Positions 38,150 to 51,086 of a stretch of 64,000 nt of DNA are shown one piece after another. The translations under genes were made by a program, and so were the position numbers. The notes beneath the pieces are model-generated. The model was not told the DNA's origin. It did not search any database and saw only the letters and a program-made list of their open reading frames with translations. The first letter of the stretch is position 1. Every line of letters begins with the position of its first letter. The stretch is from Laetmonice hystrix (Eukaryota), in contig OZ249436.1 in the NCBI GenBank assembly GCA_965235115.1, positions 21,020,001 through 21,084,000 on the forward strand, written 5' to 3'.

Positions 38150-39330
38150 TGTTGTTTTCACCTTTCGGTATGTATGATGAGGAACCTGAAATAGAAGAAT
38201 CCGATTTATGCTATTTAAATCAGAATGAATATTTCAAGGCAGGCCATTGTCAGTATAACACGGAAGACAATTTCAATGACGATTTATCTATGATTTATCT
38301 CAGTCGACAGCACATTTATATAATTTTGATGGATACATTCAGTTTGTACATATCGCTATGGAAAAAGAGGTGGCGGAGTCAGTTTGTATATTCATAAATG
38401 CATTATGTACATTAAGAGAAAGGATATGACTCTCAACCTACCCTTTATCGAAGCAACTTTTGTCGAAGTTGAGAAAGAATTTTTCGGACTGGGAAAAATT
38501 ATATCATTGGTGTCATTTACAGATCCCAAAACACTGATGTAGAATTGCTCAACGAGCGAATGCTACATCTGTTAGAGTTTATAAATCAGGAACGTAAGCT
38601 CTGGGCCCGGTTTTTTTGTTTACTTTTCCACCGTGAGCAAGGGTGAGCTGAGCTGAGCAAGGGTGAGCATGAGCTCATTCTCACCGTTTTCGTGGTTTTT
38701 AGGGTTGCATTTTATCATGAGGCGTGCTCATGGTGAGCAAGCTGGCGGAAAAACACCCAAAAAAACGAAAACAGTGAGCAAAAGGGTGAGCATGAGCTTT
38801 TGCTCACCCTTGCTCAGCTCAGCTCACCCTTGCTCACGGTGGAAAAGTAAACAAAAAAACCGGGCCCAGTTATTTGATGGGTGACTATAACCTGAACTTG
38901 TTATATGCTTGCTAGTTACTGTTTAACCAGTCGAACATCTACTGTTATTGAAACTACAGATATGAAAGAGGAAAATGTAGCCAGGAAGCTTTTACGTTAT
39001 TGCATAGTATCATTATTAATGCATTTCATGTATCATTTCCTAGAAAAATAAATACAAATTGGATACGGAATATTGGTACCTTGACGTATAAACTTAGAAA
39101 CTCATTATTAACAAAGTTTTCGATTAAGTCAGTTCATATGTATAACACACGTCAATCCACATATTATCATGTTCCCACGGGTCGAACTAATGTTGTATAC
39201 TCTTCAATGAGATACAAACGTGTAGAATTTACAATAATATTGTTAGCAGTCTTGGAACTAACTGTAGTTTGGGTACATTTAAACGATCTCTTAAAGGGAA
39301 ACTTATTCAGTAACCTATCTGTCGAAACGG
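38150..39330 (+). mobile_element. Heavily deleted CR1/L2-type LINE relic (APE piece + 3' end)
   Basis: FVEVEKEFFGLGKNYIIGVIYRSQNTDV...ERKLCYLMGDYNLNLL (after removing the MITE), then the ORF2 C-terminal motif HMYNTRQSTYYHVPTGRTN...SMRYK. Confidence 0.75.
38604..38866. mobile_element. Palindromic MITE inserted in the LINE relic (Harbinger-like, CWG target)
   Basis: ~65-bp perfect TIRs GGCCCGGTTTTTTTGTTTACTTTTCCACCGTGAGCAAGGG...; flanks CTG/CAG; excision restores AAG CTC TGT TAT TTG ATG GGT GAC (KLCYLMGD). Confidence 0.9.
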
Positions 39331-39409
39331 AATTACTGCGAAAAGTTACCTTGATCTTTCTTCCTGTTTTGTTGTTGTTCTTCTTCTTCTTCTTTTTCAT
39401 GTTTCCCCC

Positions 39410-39487
<78 letters not shown>

Positions 39488-39500
39488 GTCTCTCTGTCTC

Positions 39501-39576
<76 letters not shown>

Positions 39577-40538
39577 TGTCTCACGCTATATGAGATTTTT
39601 TATTCTTTTACCTGCATAGGCCTTTGTGTAAAGATAACTAAGTCGGCAGGGATTCACAAACCTTCGTGTTTCACATCTCTTTTCCAGTGTACGTCTTTTT
39701 CTTCTTTGGAATAAACTTATTCATAATATGAATAAGTTTATTCCAAAGAACAAATATTATATATATAAATAACTCAAGGGCACTGTAGAGATTAAATAAC
39801 AGCGAATTCTCACTTCAGAAAACTAGGAATTTCTCGATATTTCACATTTATATTGCTCACAAATCACAGGGACCCATAGGGAAACTAGGCATCCTCGAGG
39901 GGCCTGTGTTGATTTCATGCTATTCAGGAAATCCAATAAAGCGCTTTGTGAGTACAACAGCGTGAGGTACAAGTTACGAAAGTAAGTATACCTGGACGAC
40001 TCTAGTCTATCTTTTGTAGCGGTACTCCAAGCTAGCAAACGGTATTGCAACTGTTTTCGGAGTGTTTTTTTTTAAATTAGTATTACTGTATTTCTTCCAG
40101 ATTTCCTCATCAATTATATTATAATGGAAATCATAACTTATTATATGACCACGTGGCTTTGGTTCACATTGGCACTAGTCATTGGCGTATCAATGCCATT
40201 GATCAACAAAGTAAATTTAACCGAATATCAAATCAATATCAAATCACTACCATTTCATCATCTCTGCGATAACAAACAATCATTTTGGAATGGTTAATTG
40301 ATCGAACCTTTTTTTATAACAATCAATCAATTAAAATATAATAGGAAGTTTCGATGTTGTCACACGTTCTACTCACACCTTTATTCACACCTTACTATGC
40401 GGCGTTTTCACACCTTATTGGCGAACGGTAAACTTCACAAGGTGCCGCACTGCTTCAAAGGTTCCACATCAAAGACAGGAAAAGCTGCGAAGGTAATGTT
40501 TGAGACAGAACGCGGAAGATGATCTGGTCTTCAGCTTG

Positions 40539-40574
40539 TATATATAGGCCCTAATATTCATGGACTAGTCATTC
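40539..40574 (+). promoter_or_regulatory. TATA box + initiator of PLK4-like copy 1
   Basis: TATATATAG at 40539; TCATTC (Inr-like) with A at 40571, 32 bp downstream. Confidence 0.55.
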
Positions 40575-40646
40575 AACATTCAGTTCAGCTCAGAGACTGT
40601 GCCTTGGCTTATCCTGCACTTACCGTTAAGAACTACACTTGGCTGA

Positions 40647-42853
40647 ATGTTTTCAAACATGTCTCAAATGGGATTTAGTGACTCCATACAGGATTACCAA
40701 CTTCTTGAGTTGCTCGGTACCGGCGGTTCGCACAGGTCTATCGAGCACTGTGTCTTTCCAACAACTTGGAGGTCGCAGTGAAGATGATTGACAAGTCGAA
40801 GATGAACACAGACTCTAAGATCACGAGGGTCCGTAAGGAGCTCCAGATTCATTCGTGTCTTCGGCATCCAGCAATCGTCGAACTGTACACCTACTTCGAG
40901 GACGACTCCCACATCTACTTGGTGCTGGAGCTGTGCCATGGCGATCTCTACTCGTACCTTGGCACCAACAGAGGTCTCAGTCAGGATCAAGCCAGGGATT
41001 TCACAAAGCAGGTCATCGAGGGCCTTCAGTACCTCCACTCCAAGGGGATAATGCACAGGGACATCACCCTCCCGAACCTCCTTCTGACGTCGGACTATGA
41101 AGAGAAGATCTCCGACTTCGGACTGGCGACCCAACTTACCGGACCCGGGGACAGGCGCCTCACCATGTGCGGCACGCCCAACTACATGGCCCCCGAGGTG
41201 GTCCTGCGGGACCCTCACGGCCTGGAGGCAGACATCTGGGCTGTGGGTTGCATGCTCTACACACTCCTGGTGGGACGGGCTCCATTCAACACCCACAGCG
41301 TGAAGGCCACCCTGGAGAAGGTCGTACGGGCCGAGTTTACATTCCCATCTTACATGCCAGCACATGCTCAGAACCTTGTCCAGGCCTTGTTGAGGAAGAG
41401 CCCCGAGGAGCGGCTCACCCTTGAGGAAGTCCTGAAGCATCCATTCATGACGGGAACCTTAACGTCAACTGTTGACCTCAACCATTGCAGTGACCTCAGC
41501 GACCCACTGGCGGACAGTAATGATGTCAGCAGTTGTGACGCCAGCAGTGAAGGTCTTCCAGACGGCACGTCTTGGTCACAGGGATCATCAACCACGTCAC
41601 AGTCAGATATAGATAGTGAGGAGGGTCAGACTGTAGTGTTTAGACCATACATAACATACAACAGTCAATCTCCGAGACACGCACAGGGCTTGTATCAGGA
41701 TCCCCATGAAACCAAGTTAATCCAGGACATGTTCAAGCGTGGTTATGATCTTATTGCCCAGAAAATCGATTTAGATTTGAGTATTGTAGTCCAGGAGGGG
41801 GACTCGGGGCGTCCAAGCTCCCGACTTGACGCCCCCTGGCGGAGACCTGCTGCAGGGGTTAGTATCGAGGGGACACCTCCCAGAAACGGTCAACCATGTC
41901 CAGACGTATGCAGTGACTTCCCTGTATCATCCCAGCATGAAACAAATAACATTGAGGCTACTGGTCCAACGTCCCCCCGTGAACCCACAACGAGCCCGAC
42001 AATATCGTATGGTAAAACTGTGACGAACAAAGAAGGAAAGAGACTACGAGATTACACATCACCATTGAGTTCCAGCCGACTACGACCAATGAGACAGAGG
42101 ACCAAGAATGCTATCGTCAGCATCCTCGAGGATGGCTTTGTGCGTCTTGAGTTCACGAAAAGAACTGCTGAACAGAGTTGTCTTCTTGACACACTCAAGA
42201 TTTCACCGAATGGTCAAACCATTGAAGCCTCACGTCCAAACAGAGACGATTTCTCCACAAATGACACATCGCCAAACAGCTCTTCTCCTGCAGAAAGTAC
42301 TACAAAAACGTACCGGTTTGCTGACCTGCCAGTGAAGTACTGGAAACGCTACGAGTTCGCTGTGAGGTTTATCCGTCTGGTGAAGTCCAAGACGCCCAAA
42401 GTCACTTTGTACACCGAGAAGGCAAAGTGTATGCTTATGGAGAACGGCCCAGACGCCGACTGTGACGTCATCTTCTATGATGGCGCCAAGTTCAGCGTGA
42501 CGTCAGACGGTACACGCGTCATGGAGCAGGAGGGCGTGACACTGATTCTGGAACCTGGACGAGGAACGCAGCACCTTGGTCCATACACACAACAACTCTG
42601 GAAGTTCGTCACCGACTGCCACACGTTCTGTCACAGCCTCGAGTCGTTACTCACCTCCATAGATTACTACTCGTCCGACACTGAGCAGTTCCCGGTAACT
42701 GTCGGACGTCGGCAAGGCGTCCCGGAGGTGGATTTTGTACACAGACCAGACATTGCCACACCCATCGCTACCTATCAACCAGATCGTCTTGGGAAGTCCA
42801 GCCGAGGGCCGTGTCGATACGTCCCTGAACCAACAGAAGAACGACCTCAATAA
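40647..42853 (+). pseudogene. PLK4: Intronless PLK4-like kinase, copy 1, frameshifted in the Gly-rich loop
   Basis: ATG at 40647; GGCGGTTCGC versus GGCGGTTTCGC in copies 2 and 3 (1-nt deletion at ~40727); rest of ORF open to 42853; also a V>E change before KISDFG. Could be an assembly error. Confidence 0.85.
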
Positions 42854-43125
42854 CCTGAGCTTCCTTGAACAACAATTATTTGTGAAGGGTCGACCCGTGT
42901 AAACGATGGACTACATGTCATCATGGCCACTAGTACTGAGCGTAATCGATCATCATCTGTCAGAGGGCAAATCTTTCACCCGCCAATTCACTGACCATCT
43001 CTCTCACGTGTACCTGTGTGATGTCGGACTTGTGGTTCGCTACGTGAGGACCTTTTCTCGGGACACTGTGTTATATACTACACCTACGTGGGACAATATC
43101 ACGGAAGAAAAGTGACGTCTCAATG

Positions 43126-43678
43126 CTTGGCGCACAAGGAGTCTTCGCCCCTAGTAGGGGCAATAGTACATACCGTCCATTATCATTGTATATATTTCAC
43201 GTGTCTTTGTCATCAGTCAATAAACTACTGTATAATGCTTGATGCACAAGGAGTCTTCGCCCCAAGTAGGGGCAATAGTACATACCGTCCATTATCATTG
43301 TATATATTTCACGTATCTTTGTCATAAGTCAATAAACTACTGTATAATGCTTGACGCACAAGGAGTCTTCGCCCCAAGTAGGGGCAATAGTCCATACCGT
43401 CCATTATCATTGTATATATTTCACGTATCTTTGTCATAAGTCAATAAACTACTGTATAATGCTTGACGCACAAGGAGTCTTCGCCCCAAGTAGGGGCAAT
43501 AGTCCATACCGTCCATTATCATTGTATATATTTCACGTATCTTTGTCATAAGTCAATAAACTACTGTATAATGCTTGACGCACAAGGAGTCTTCGCCCCA
43601 AGTAGGGGCAATAGTCCATACCGCCCATTATCATTGTATATATTTCACGTGTCTTCTGTCATCAGTCAATAAACTACT
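43126..43678 (+). repeat. 112-bp tandem repeat x5 containing AATAAA (3' region of copy 1)
   Basis: Starts at 43126, 43238, 43350, 43462, 43574; each unit has GTCAATAAACTAC. Confidence 0.93.
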
Positions 43679-43826
43679 CTACATATATCTGTAACTGATA
43701 TGATGAGTTCCATGGCTTTCTTTCTTGAGACCTTGGTTTGTGATCCGGGCCATTATATATTCTAAATCTAATGGACAGGAACGAAAACAAATGACAAAAT
43801 ACTAGTAAATGTTGTTTCACCAGGAT

Positions 43827-43994
43827 CGGGGTGTCGGAACAGAGGGGGCCATGGTCGGGGGGGGGGCATACCCACCACCCCCAATATCTAGCTCCGCCCC
43901 CATCAAGGCATAGACTTGCCCCCCCCCCCCCCCCAACTATCAATAGCTTCCGGACCTTGCCCACCCCAACTATTAATAGCTCCCGACACCCCTG
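43827..43994. mobile_element. Small hAT-like MITE relic carried in each PLK4 unit
   Basis: CGGGGTGTCGGAA ... TCCCGACACCCCTG; homologues at ~49107-49277 and, 5'-truncated, ending near 54941. Confidence 0.55.
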
Positions 43995-44062
43995 GAAAGG
44001 TATTAGGAACTGCCGCAAAGTATCGTGATACAGGGTGTACCAAAACTCTGTCAGTACCTGTA

Positions 44063-44323
44063 AACTGATAGCATCATACCGATCATCTTAACTTATAGCA
44101 TCATACCGATCATTTTAACCGACAGCATCATACCGATCATGTTAACCGACAGCATCATACCGATCATGTTAACTTACAGCATCATACCGATCATGCTACG
44201 TGATAGCAGCATACCGATCATATTAATTTACAGCATCATACCGATCATATTAATTTACAGCATCATACCGATCATGTTAACCGATAGCATCATACCGATC
44301 ATGTTAACCGATAGCATCATACC
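44063..44323. repeat. 24-bp minisatellite (unit 1 end)
   Basis: Unit AGCATCATACCGATCATGTTAACC(GAT)-like. Confidence 0.93.
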
Positions 44324-45837
44324 TTTATGTAGACCTATAAACTTAGAAACCCATTGTTAACAAAGTGTTTCGATTAAATGTTTAGAGTTAACCAGTCAGT
44401 TCATAATGCATAACGCACGTCAATCCTCATATCATCATGTTCCCATAGGTCGAACTAATGCTGTATACTCTTCAATGAGATACAAAGGTGCAGAAATTAC
44501 AATAATATTGTTAGCAGTCTTGGAACTAACTGTAGTTTGGGTACATTTAAAAGATCTCTTAAAGGAAAACTTATTCAGTAACCTATCTGTCGAAACCTAA
44601 TTACTGCGAAAAGTACCTTGATCTCTCTTCCTGTTTTATTGTTGTTTTTTGTGCTCTCTCTCTCTTCTTGTCTCACGCTATATGAGTTTTTTTTTTATTC
44701 TTTTACCTGCATAGCCCTTTGTGAATAGGCCTTTGTGTAAAGATAACTAAATAGGCATTCACAAACCTTCGGGTTTCACATCCCTTTTCCAATATATGTC
44801 TTTTTGTTCTTTGGAATAAACTTATTCATATATATATATATAAAACAAAGAAATCTCACTTCAGAAAACCAGGAATGTCTCGGCATCTCACATTTTATTG
44901 CTCACAAATCACAGGGAGCCGTAGGGAAACTAGGCATTGTATCCTCGAGGGGCCTGTGTTGATTTCATGCTATTCATGCTAATCCAATAAATCGCTTTGT
45001 GAGTACCACATAATGAGGTAGGATTGGTAACCTAAATCAATGAGTGGATACGAAAGTAAGCATACTCTAGTCATGTTTTGTAACGGTACTCCAAACTAGC
45101 AAACTAAGTATTGCAAATGTTTTTGGAGTGTTTAAAAGGAGGGTAAACACACACACACAAGCAGAGCAAAGTTAGAACCAGCGACGTCACACATCGGGCA
45201 GTTACACGTTAATTACTTCATTCAGACAACGTAATTGTAGCATTTATCGCCCTGAGGTAAATGCTGGTGTTTCATTTGGTCTAAGAAAACTTATTTGCCG
45301 TGTTGTTGTTGTTGTTGTTTATTTTGTGTTGTGTTTTCCATCCTTTTAAAAAATATTATTATTGTATTCCTTCCAGAACTGCACATCAATTATATAATGG
45401 AAATCATAACTGCACCTACTTCACCACTGCGACAACGAAAAAACAAAATTATATGACCACGTGGCTTTGGTTCACATTGGCACTAGTCATTGGCGTATCA
45501 CTGCCATTGATCAGCAAAGTAAATTTAACTAAACAATATCAAATCACTACGATCTCATCATCTCTGCGATAACAAACAATCATTTTGGAATGGTTAATTG
45601 ATCGAACCTTTTCTATAACAATCAATCAATTAAAATATAATAGGAAGTTTCGATGTTGTTACACGTTCTACTCACACCTTTATTCACACCTTACTATGCG
45701 GCGTTTTCACACCTTATTGGCGAACGGTAAACTTCACAAGGTGCCGCACTGCTTCAAAGGTTCCACATCAAAGACAGGAAAAGCTGCGAAGGTAATGTTT
45801 GAGACAGAACGCGGAAGATGATCTGGTCTTCAGCTTG

Positions 45838-45873
45838 TATATATAGGCCCTAATATTCATGGACTAGTCATTC
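45838..45873 (+). promoter_or_regulatory. TATA box + initiator of PLK4-like copy 2
   Basis: TATATATAG at 45838; TCATTC with A at 45870; CGGAAG (ETS-like) just upstream; ATG 76 nt after the putative TSS. Confidence 0.55.
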
Positions 45874-45945
45874 AACATTCAGTTCAGCTCAGAGACTGTG
45901 CCTTGGCTTATCCTGCACTTACCGTTAAGAACTACACTTGGCTGA

Positions 45946-48132
45946 ATGTTTTCAAACATGCCTCAAATGGGATTTAGTGACTCCATACAGGATTACCAAC
46001 TTCTTGAGTTGCTCGGTACCGGCGGTTTCGCCCGGGTCTATCGAGCACTGTGTCTTTCCAACAACTTGGAGGTCGCAGTGAAGATGATTGACAAGTCGAA
46101 GATGAACACAGACTCTAAGATCACGAGGGTCCGTAAGGAGCTCCAGATTCATTCGTGTCTTCGGCATCCAGCAATCGTCGAACTGTACACCTACTTCGAG
46201 GACGACTCCTACATCTACTTGGTGCTGGAGCTGTGCCATGGCGATCTCTACTCGTACCTTGGCACCAACAGAGGTCTCAGTCAGGATCAGGCCAGGGATT
46301 TCACAAAGCAGGTCATCGAGGGCCTTCAGTACCTCCACTCCAAGGGGATAATGCACAGGGACATCACCCTCCCGAACCTCCTCCTGACGTCCAACTATGA
46401 AGTGAAGATCTCCGACTTCGGACTGGCGACCCAACTTACCGGACCCGGGGACAGGCGCCTCACCATGTGCGGCACGCCCAACTACATGGCCCCCGAGGTG
46501 GTCCTGCGGGACCCTCACGGCCTGGAGGCAGACATCTGGGCTGTGGGTTGCATGCTCTACACACTCCTGGTGGGACGGGCTCCATTCAACACCCACAGCG
46601 TGAAGGCCACCCTGGAGAAGGTCGTACGGGCCGAGTTTACATTCCCATCTTACATGCCAGCACATGCTCAGAACCTTGTCCAGGCCTTGTTGAGGAAGAG
46701 CCCCGAGGAGCGGCTCACCCTTGAGGAAGTCCTGAAGCATCCATTCATGACGGGAACCTTACCGTCAACTGTTGACCTCAACCATTGCAGTGACCCCAGC
46801 GACCCACTGGCGGACAGTAATGATGTCAGCAGTTGTGACGCCAGCAGTGAAGGTCTTCCAGACGGCACGTCTTGGTCACAGGGATCATCAACCACGTCAC
46901 AGTCAGATATAGATAGTGAGGAGTGTCAGACTGTCGTGTTTAGACCATACACAACATGTAACAGTCCATCTCCGAGACCCGTCCAGGGGTTGTATCAGGA
47001 TCCCCATGAAACCAAGTTAATCCAGGACATGTTCAAGCGTGGTTATGATCTTATTGCCCAGAAAATCGATTTAGATTTGAGTATTGTAGTCCAGGAGGGG
47101 GACTCGGGGCGTCCAAGCTCCCTACCTGACGCCCCCTGGCGGAGACCTGCTGGACCTCCCAGAAACGTTCAACCATGTCCAGACGTATGCAGTGACTCCA
47201 CTGTATCATCCCAGCATGAAACAAATAACATTGAGGCTACTGGTCCAACGTCCCCCCGTGAACCCACCACGAGCCCGACAATATCGTATGGGAAAACTGT
47301 GACGAACAAAGAAGGAAAGAGATTACGAGATTACACATCACCATTGAGTTCCAGCCGACTACGACCAATGAGACAGAGGACCAAGAATGCTATCGTCAGC
47401 ATCCTCGAGGATGGCTTTGTGCGTCTTGAGTTCACGAAAAGAACTGCTGAACAGAGTTGTGTTCTTGACACACTCAAAATTTCACCGAATGGTCAAACCA
47501 TTGAAGCCTCACGTCCAAACAGAGCCGATTTCTCCACAAATGACACATCGCCAAACAGCTCTTCTCCTGAAGAAAGTACTACAAAAACGTACCGGTTTGC
47601 TGACCTGCCAGTGAAGTACTGGAAACGCTACGAGTTCGCTGCGAGGTTTATCCGTCTGGTGAAGTCCAAGACGCCCAAAGTCACTTTGTACACCGAGAAG
47701 GCAAAGTGTATGCTTATGGAGAACGGTCCAGACGCCGACTTTGACGTCATCTTCTATGACGGCGCCAAGTTCAGCGTGACGTCAGACGGTACACGCGTCA
47801 TGGAGCAGGAGGGCGTGACACTGATTCTGGAACCTGGACGAGGAACGCAGCACCTTGGTCCATACACACAACAACTCTGGAAGTTCGTCACCGACTGCCA
47901 CACGTTCTGCCACAGCCTCGAGTCGTTACTCACCTCCATAGATTACTACTCGTCCAACACTGAGCAGTTCCCGGTAACTGTCGGACGTCGGCAAGGCGTC
48001 CCGGAGGTGGATTTTGTACACAGACCAGACATTGCCACACCCATCGCTACCTATCAACCAGATCGTCTTGGGAAGTCCAGCCGAGGGCCGTGTCGATACG
48101 TCCCTGAACCAACAGAAGAACGACCTCAATAA
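45946..48132 (+). CDS. PLK4: Intronless Polo-like kinase 4 (SAK)-like protein, copy 2, 728 aa (kinase + PB1-PB2)
   Basis: PLK4-type motifs LGTGGFARVY, VAVKMIDK, HRDITLPNLLL, DFGLATQL, CGTPNY, HGLEADIWAVGCMLYTLLVG; cryptic polo box RLRPMRQRTKNAIVSIL, LPVKYWKRY, LVKSKTPKVTLYTEKAKCMLMENGP, FYDG, FPVTVGRR; 21-bp in-frame deletion in the linker relative to the other copies. Confidence 0.95.
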   Translation: MFSNMPQMGFSDSIQDYQLLELLGTGGFARVYRALCLSNNLEVAVKMIDKSKMNTDSKITRVRKELQIHSCLRHPAIVELYTYFEDDSYIYLVLELCHGDLYSYLGTNRGLSQDQARDFTKQVIEGLQYLHSKGIMHRDITLPNLLLTSNYEVKISDFGLATQLTGPGDRRLTMCGTPNYMAPEVVLRDPHGLEADIWAVGCMLYTLLVGRAPFNTHSVKATLEKVVRAEFTFPSYMPAHAQNLVQALLRKSPEERLTLEEVLKHPFMTGTLPSTVDLNHCSDPSDPLADSNDVSSCDASSEGLPDGTSWSQGSSTTSQSDIDSEECQTVVFRPYTTCNSPSPRPVQGLYQDPHETKLIQDMFKRGYDLIAQKIDLDLSIVVQEGDSGRPSSLPDAPWRRPAGPPRNVQPCPDVCSDSTVSSQHETNNIEATGPTSPREPTTSPTISYGKTVTNKEGKRLRDYTSPLSSSRLRPMRQRTKNAIVSILEDGFVRLEFTKRTAEQSCVLDTLKISPNGQTIEASRPNRADFSTNDTSPNSSSPEESTTKTYRFADLPVKYWKRYEFAARFIRLVKSKTPKVTLYTEKAKCMLMENGPDADFDVIFYDGAKFSVTSDGTRVMEQEGVTLILEPGRGTQHLGPYTQQLWKFVTDCHTFCHSLESLLTSIDYYSSNTEQFPVTVGRRQGVPEVDFVHRPDIATPIATYQPDRLGKSSRGPCRYVPEPTEERPQ

Positions 48133-48404
48133 CCTGAGCTTCCTTGAACAACAATTATTTGTGAAGGGTCGACCCGTGTAAACGATGGACTACATGTCAT
48201 CATGGCCACTAGTACTGAGCGTAATCGATCATCATCTGTCAGAGGGCAAATCTTCCACCCGCCAATTCACTGACCATCCCTCTCACGTGTACTTGTGTGA
48301 TGTCGGACTTGTGGTTCGCTACGTGAGGACCTTTTCTCGGGACACTTTGTTATATACTACACGTACGTGGGACAATATCACGGAAGAAAAGTGACGTCTC
48401 AATG

Positions 48405-48951
48405 CTTGGCGCACAAGGAGTCTTCGCCCCAAGTAGGGGCAATAGTACATACCGTCCATTATCATTGTATATATTTCACGTATCTTTGTCATAAGTCAAT
48501 AAACTACTGTATAATACTTGGCGCACAAGGAGTCTTCGCTCCAAGTAGGGGCAATAGTACATACCGCCCATTATCATTGTATATATTTCACGTATCTTTG
48601 TCATAAGTCAATAAACTACTGTATAATGCTTGGCGCACAAGGAGTCTTCGCCCCAAGTAGGGGCAATAGTCCATACCGTCCATTATCATTGTATATATTT
48701 CACGTATCTTTGTCATAAGTCAATAAACTACTGTATAATGCTTGGCGCACAAGGAGTCTTCGCCCCAAGTAGGGGCAATAGTACATACCGCCCATTATCA
48801 TTGTATATATTTCACGTATCTTTGTCATAAGTCAATAAACTACTGTATAATGCTTGGCGCACAAGGAGTCTTCGCCCCAAGTACGGGCAATAGTACCGTC
48901 CATTATCACTGTATATATTTCTCGTGTCTTCGTCATCAGTCAATAAACTAC
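48405..48951 (+). repeat. 112-bp tandem repeat x5 containing AATAAA (3' region of copy 2)
   Basis: Starts at 48405, 48517, 48629, 48741, 48853. Confidence 0.93.
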
Positions 48952-49345
48952 TCTATATATATCTGTCACTGATATCATGAGTTTCATTGCTTTCTTTCTT
49001 GAGACCTTGGTTTGTGATCCGGGCCATTAGGCCTATATATTCTAAATCTAATGGGCAGGGGCGAAAACAAATGACAAAATACTAGTAAATGTTGTTTCAC
49101 CAGGATCGGGGTGTCGGAAGAGAGGGGGCCATGGTCGGGGGGCATACCCCCCCCCCCCACACACACACACACAATATCTAGATCTGCCGCCATCAAGGCA
49201 TAGACTTGCCCCCCCCCAACTATCAATAGCTTTCGGACCTTGCCCACCCCAACTATTATTAGCTCCCGACACCCCTGGACAGGTATTAGGAACTGCCGCA
49301 AAGTATCATGATACAGGATGTACCAAAACTCTGTCAGTACCTGTA

Positions 49346-49792
49346 AACTGATAGCATCATACCGATCATGTTAACTTACAGCATACCGATCATTTTAACC
49401 GACAGCAGCATACCGATCATGTTAACCGGCAGCAGCATACCGATCATATTAATTTACAGCATCATACCGATCATTTTAACCGACAGCAGCATACCGATCA
49501 TGTTAACCGGCAGCAGTATACCGATCATATTAATTTACAGCATCATACCGATCATGTTAACCGATAGCATCATACCGATCATGTTACCTGATAGCAGCAT
49601 ACCGATCATATTAATTTACAGCATCATACCGATCATGTTAACCGACAGCATCATACCAATCATCTTAACTTACAGCATCATACCGATCATGTTAACCGAT
49701 AGCATCATACCGATCATGTTAACCGATAGCATCATACCGATCATGTTAACCGATAGCATCATACCGATCATGTTAACCGATAGCATCATACC
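49346..49792. repeat. 24-bp minisatellite (unit 2 end)
   Basis: Same unit as 44063-44323, more copies. Confidence 0.93.
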
Positions 49793-50123
49793 TTTATGTA
49801 GACCTATAAACTTAGAAACCCATTATTAACAAAGTGTTTCGATTAAATGTTTAGAGTTAACCAGTCAGTTCATATGCATAACGCACGTCAGTCCTCATAT
49901 TATCATGTTCCCATAGGTCGAACTAATGTTGTATACTCTTCAATGAGATACAAAGGTGCAGAAATTACAATAATATTGTTAGCAGTCTTGGAGCTAACTG
50001 TAGTTTGGGTACATTTAAAAGATCTCTTAAAGGAAAACTTATTCAGTAACCTATCTGTCGAAACCTAATTACTGCGAAAAGTACCTTGATCTCTCTTCCT
50101 GTTTTATTGTTGTTGTTTTTTTT

Positions 50124-50212
<89 letters not shown>

Positions 50213-51086
50213 TCTTGTCTCACGCTATATGAGTTTTTTTTTATTCTTTTACCTGCATAGCCCTTTGTGAATAGGCCTTTGTGTAAAGATAACTAAGTAG
50301 GCAGGGATTCACAAACCTTCGGGTTTCACATCCCTTTTCCAATATACTGTATGTCTTTTTGTTCTTTGGAATAAACTTATTCATATATATATATATATAT
50401 AAATAACTCAAGGGCACTGTAGAGATTAAAAAACAAAGAAATCTCAAATCAGAAAACCAGGAATGTCTCGGCATCTCACATTTTATTGCTCACAAATCAC
50501 AGGGAGCCGTAGGGAAACTAGGCATTGTATCCTCGAGGGGCCTGTGTTGATTTTATGCTATTCAGGAAATCCAATAAATCGCTTTGTGAGTACCACATAA
50601 TGAGGTAGGATCGGTGACCTAAATCAATGAGTGGATACGAAAGTAAGTATACTCTAGTCTATCTTTTGTAACGGTACTCCAAACTAGCAAACTAAGTATT
50701 GCAACTGCTTTGAAGTGTTTAAAAGGAGGGTAAACACACACACACAAACAGAGCAAAGTTAGAAACAGCGACGTCACACATCTGGCAGTTACACGTTAAT
50801 TACTTCATTCAGACAACGTAATTGTAGCATTTGTCGCCCTGAGGTAAATGCTGGTGTTTCATTTGGTCTAAGAAAACATATTTGCCGTGTGTGTTTTCCA
50901 TCCCTTTAAAAAATATTATTATTGTATTCCTTCCAGAATTGCACATCAATTATATAATGGAAATCATAACTGCACCTACTTTACCACTGCGACAACGAAA
51001 AAACAAAATTATATGACCACGTGGCTTTGGTTCACATTGGCACTAGTCATTGGCGTATCACTGCCATTGATCAACAAAGTAAATTT

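Noticed and set aside
39000..39593. 197-aa ORF with poly-LS tract and the antisense poly-ER ORF
   Set aside because: LINE relic plus (TC)n microsatellite.
49368..49829. Hydrophobic repeat proteins (MLTDSIIPI)n, also at 44139 and 55032
   Set aside because: In-frame translation of a 24-bp minisatellite; no independent coding evidence.
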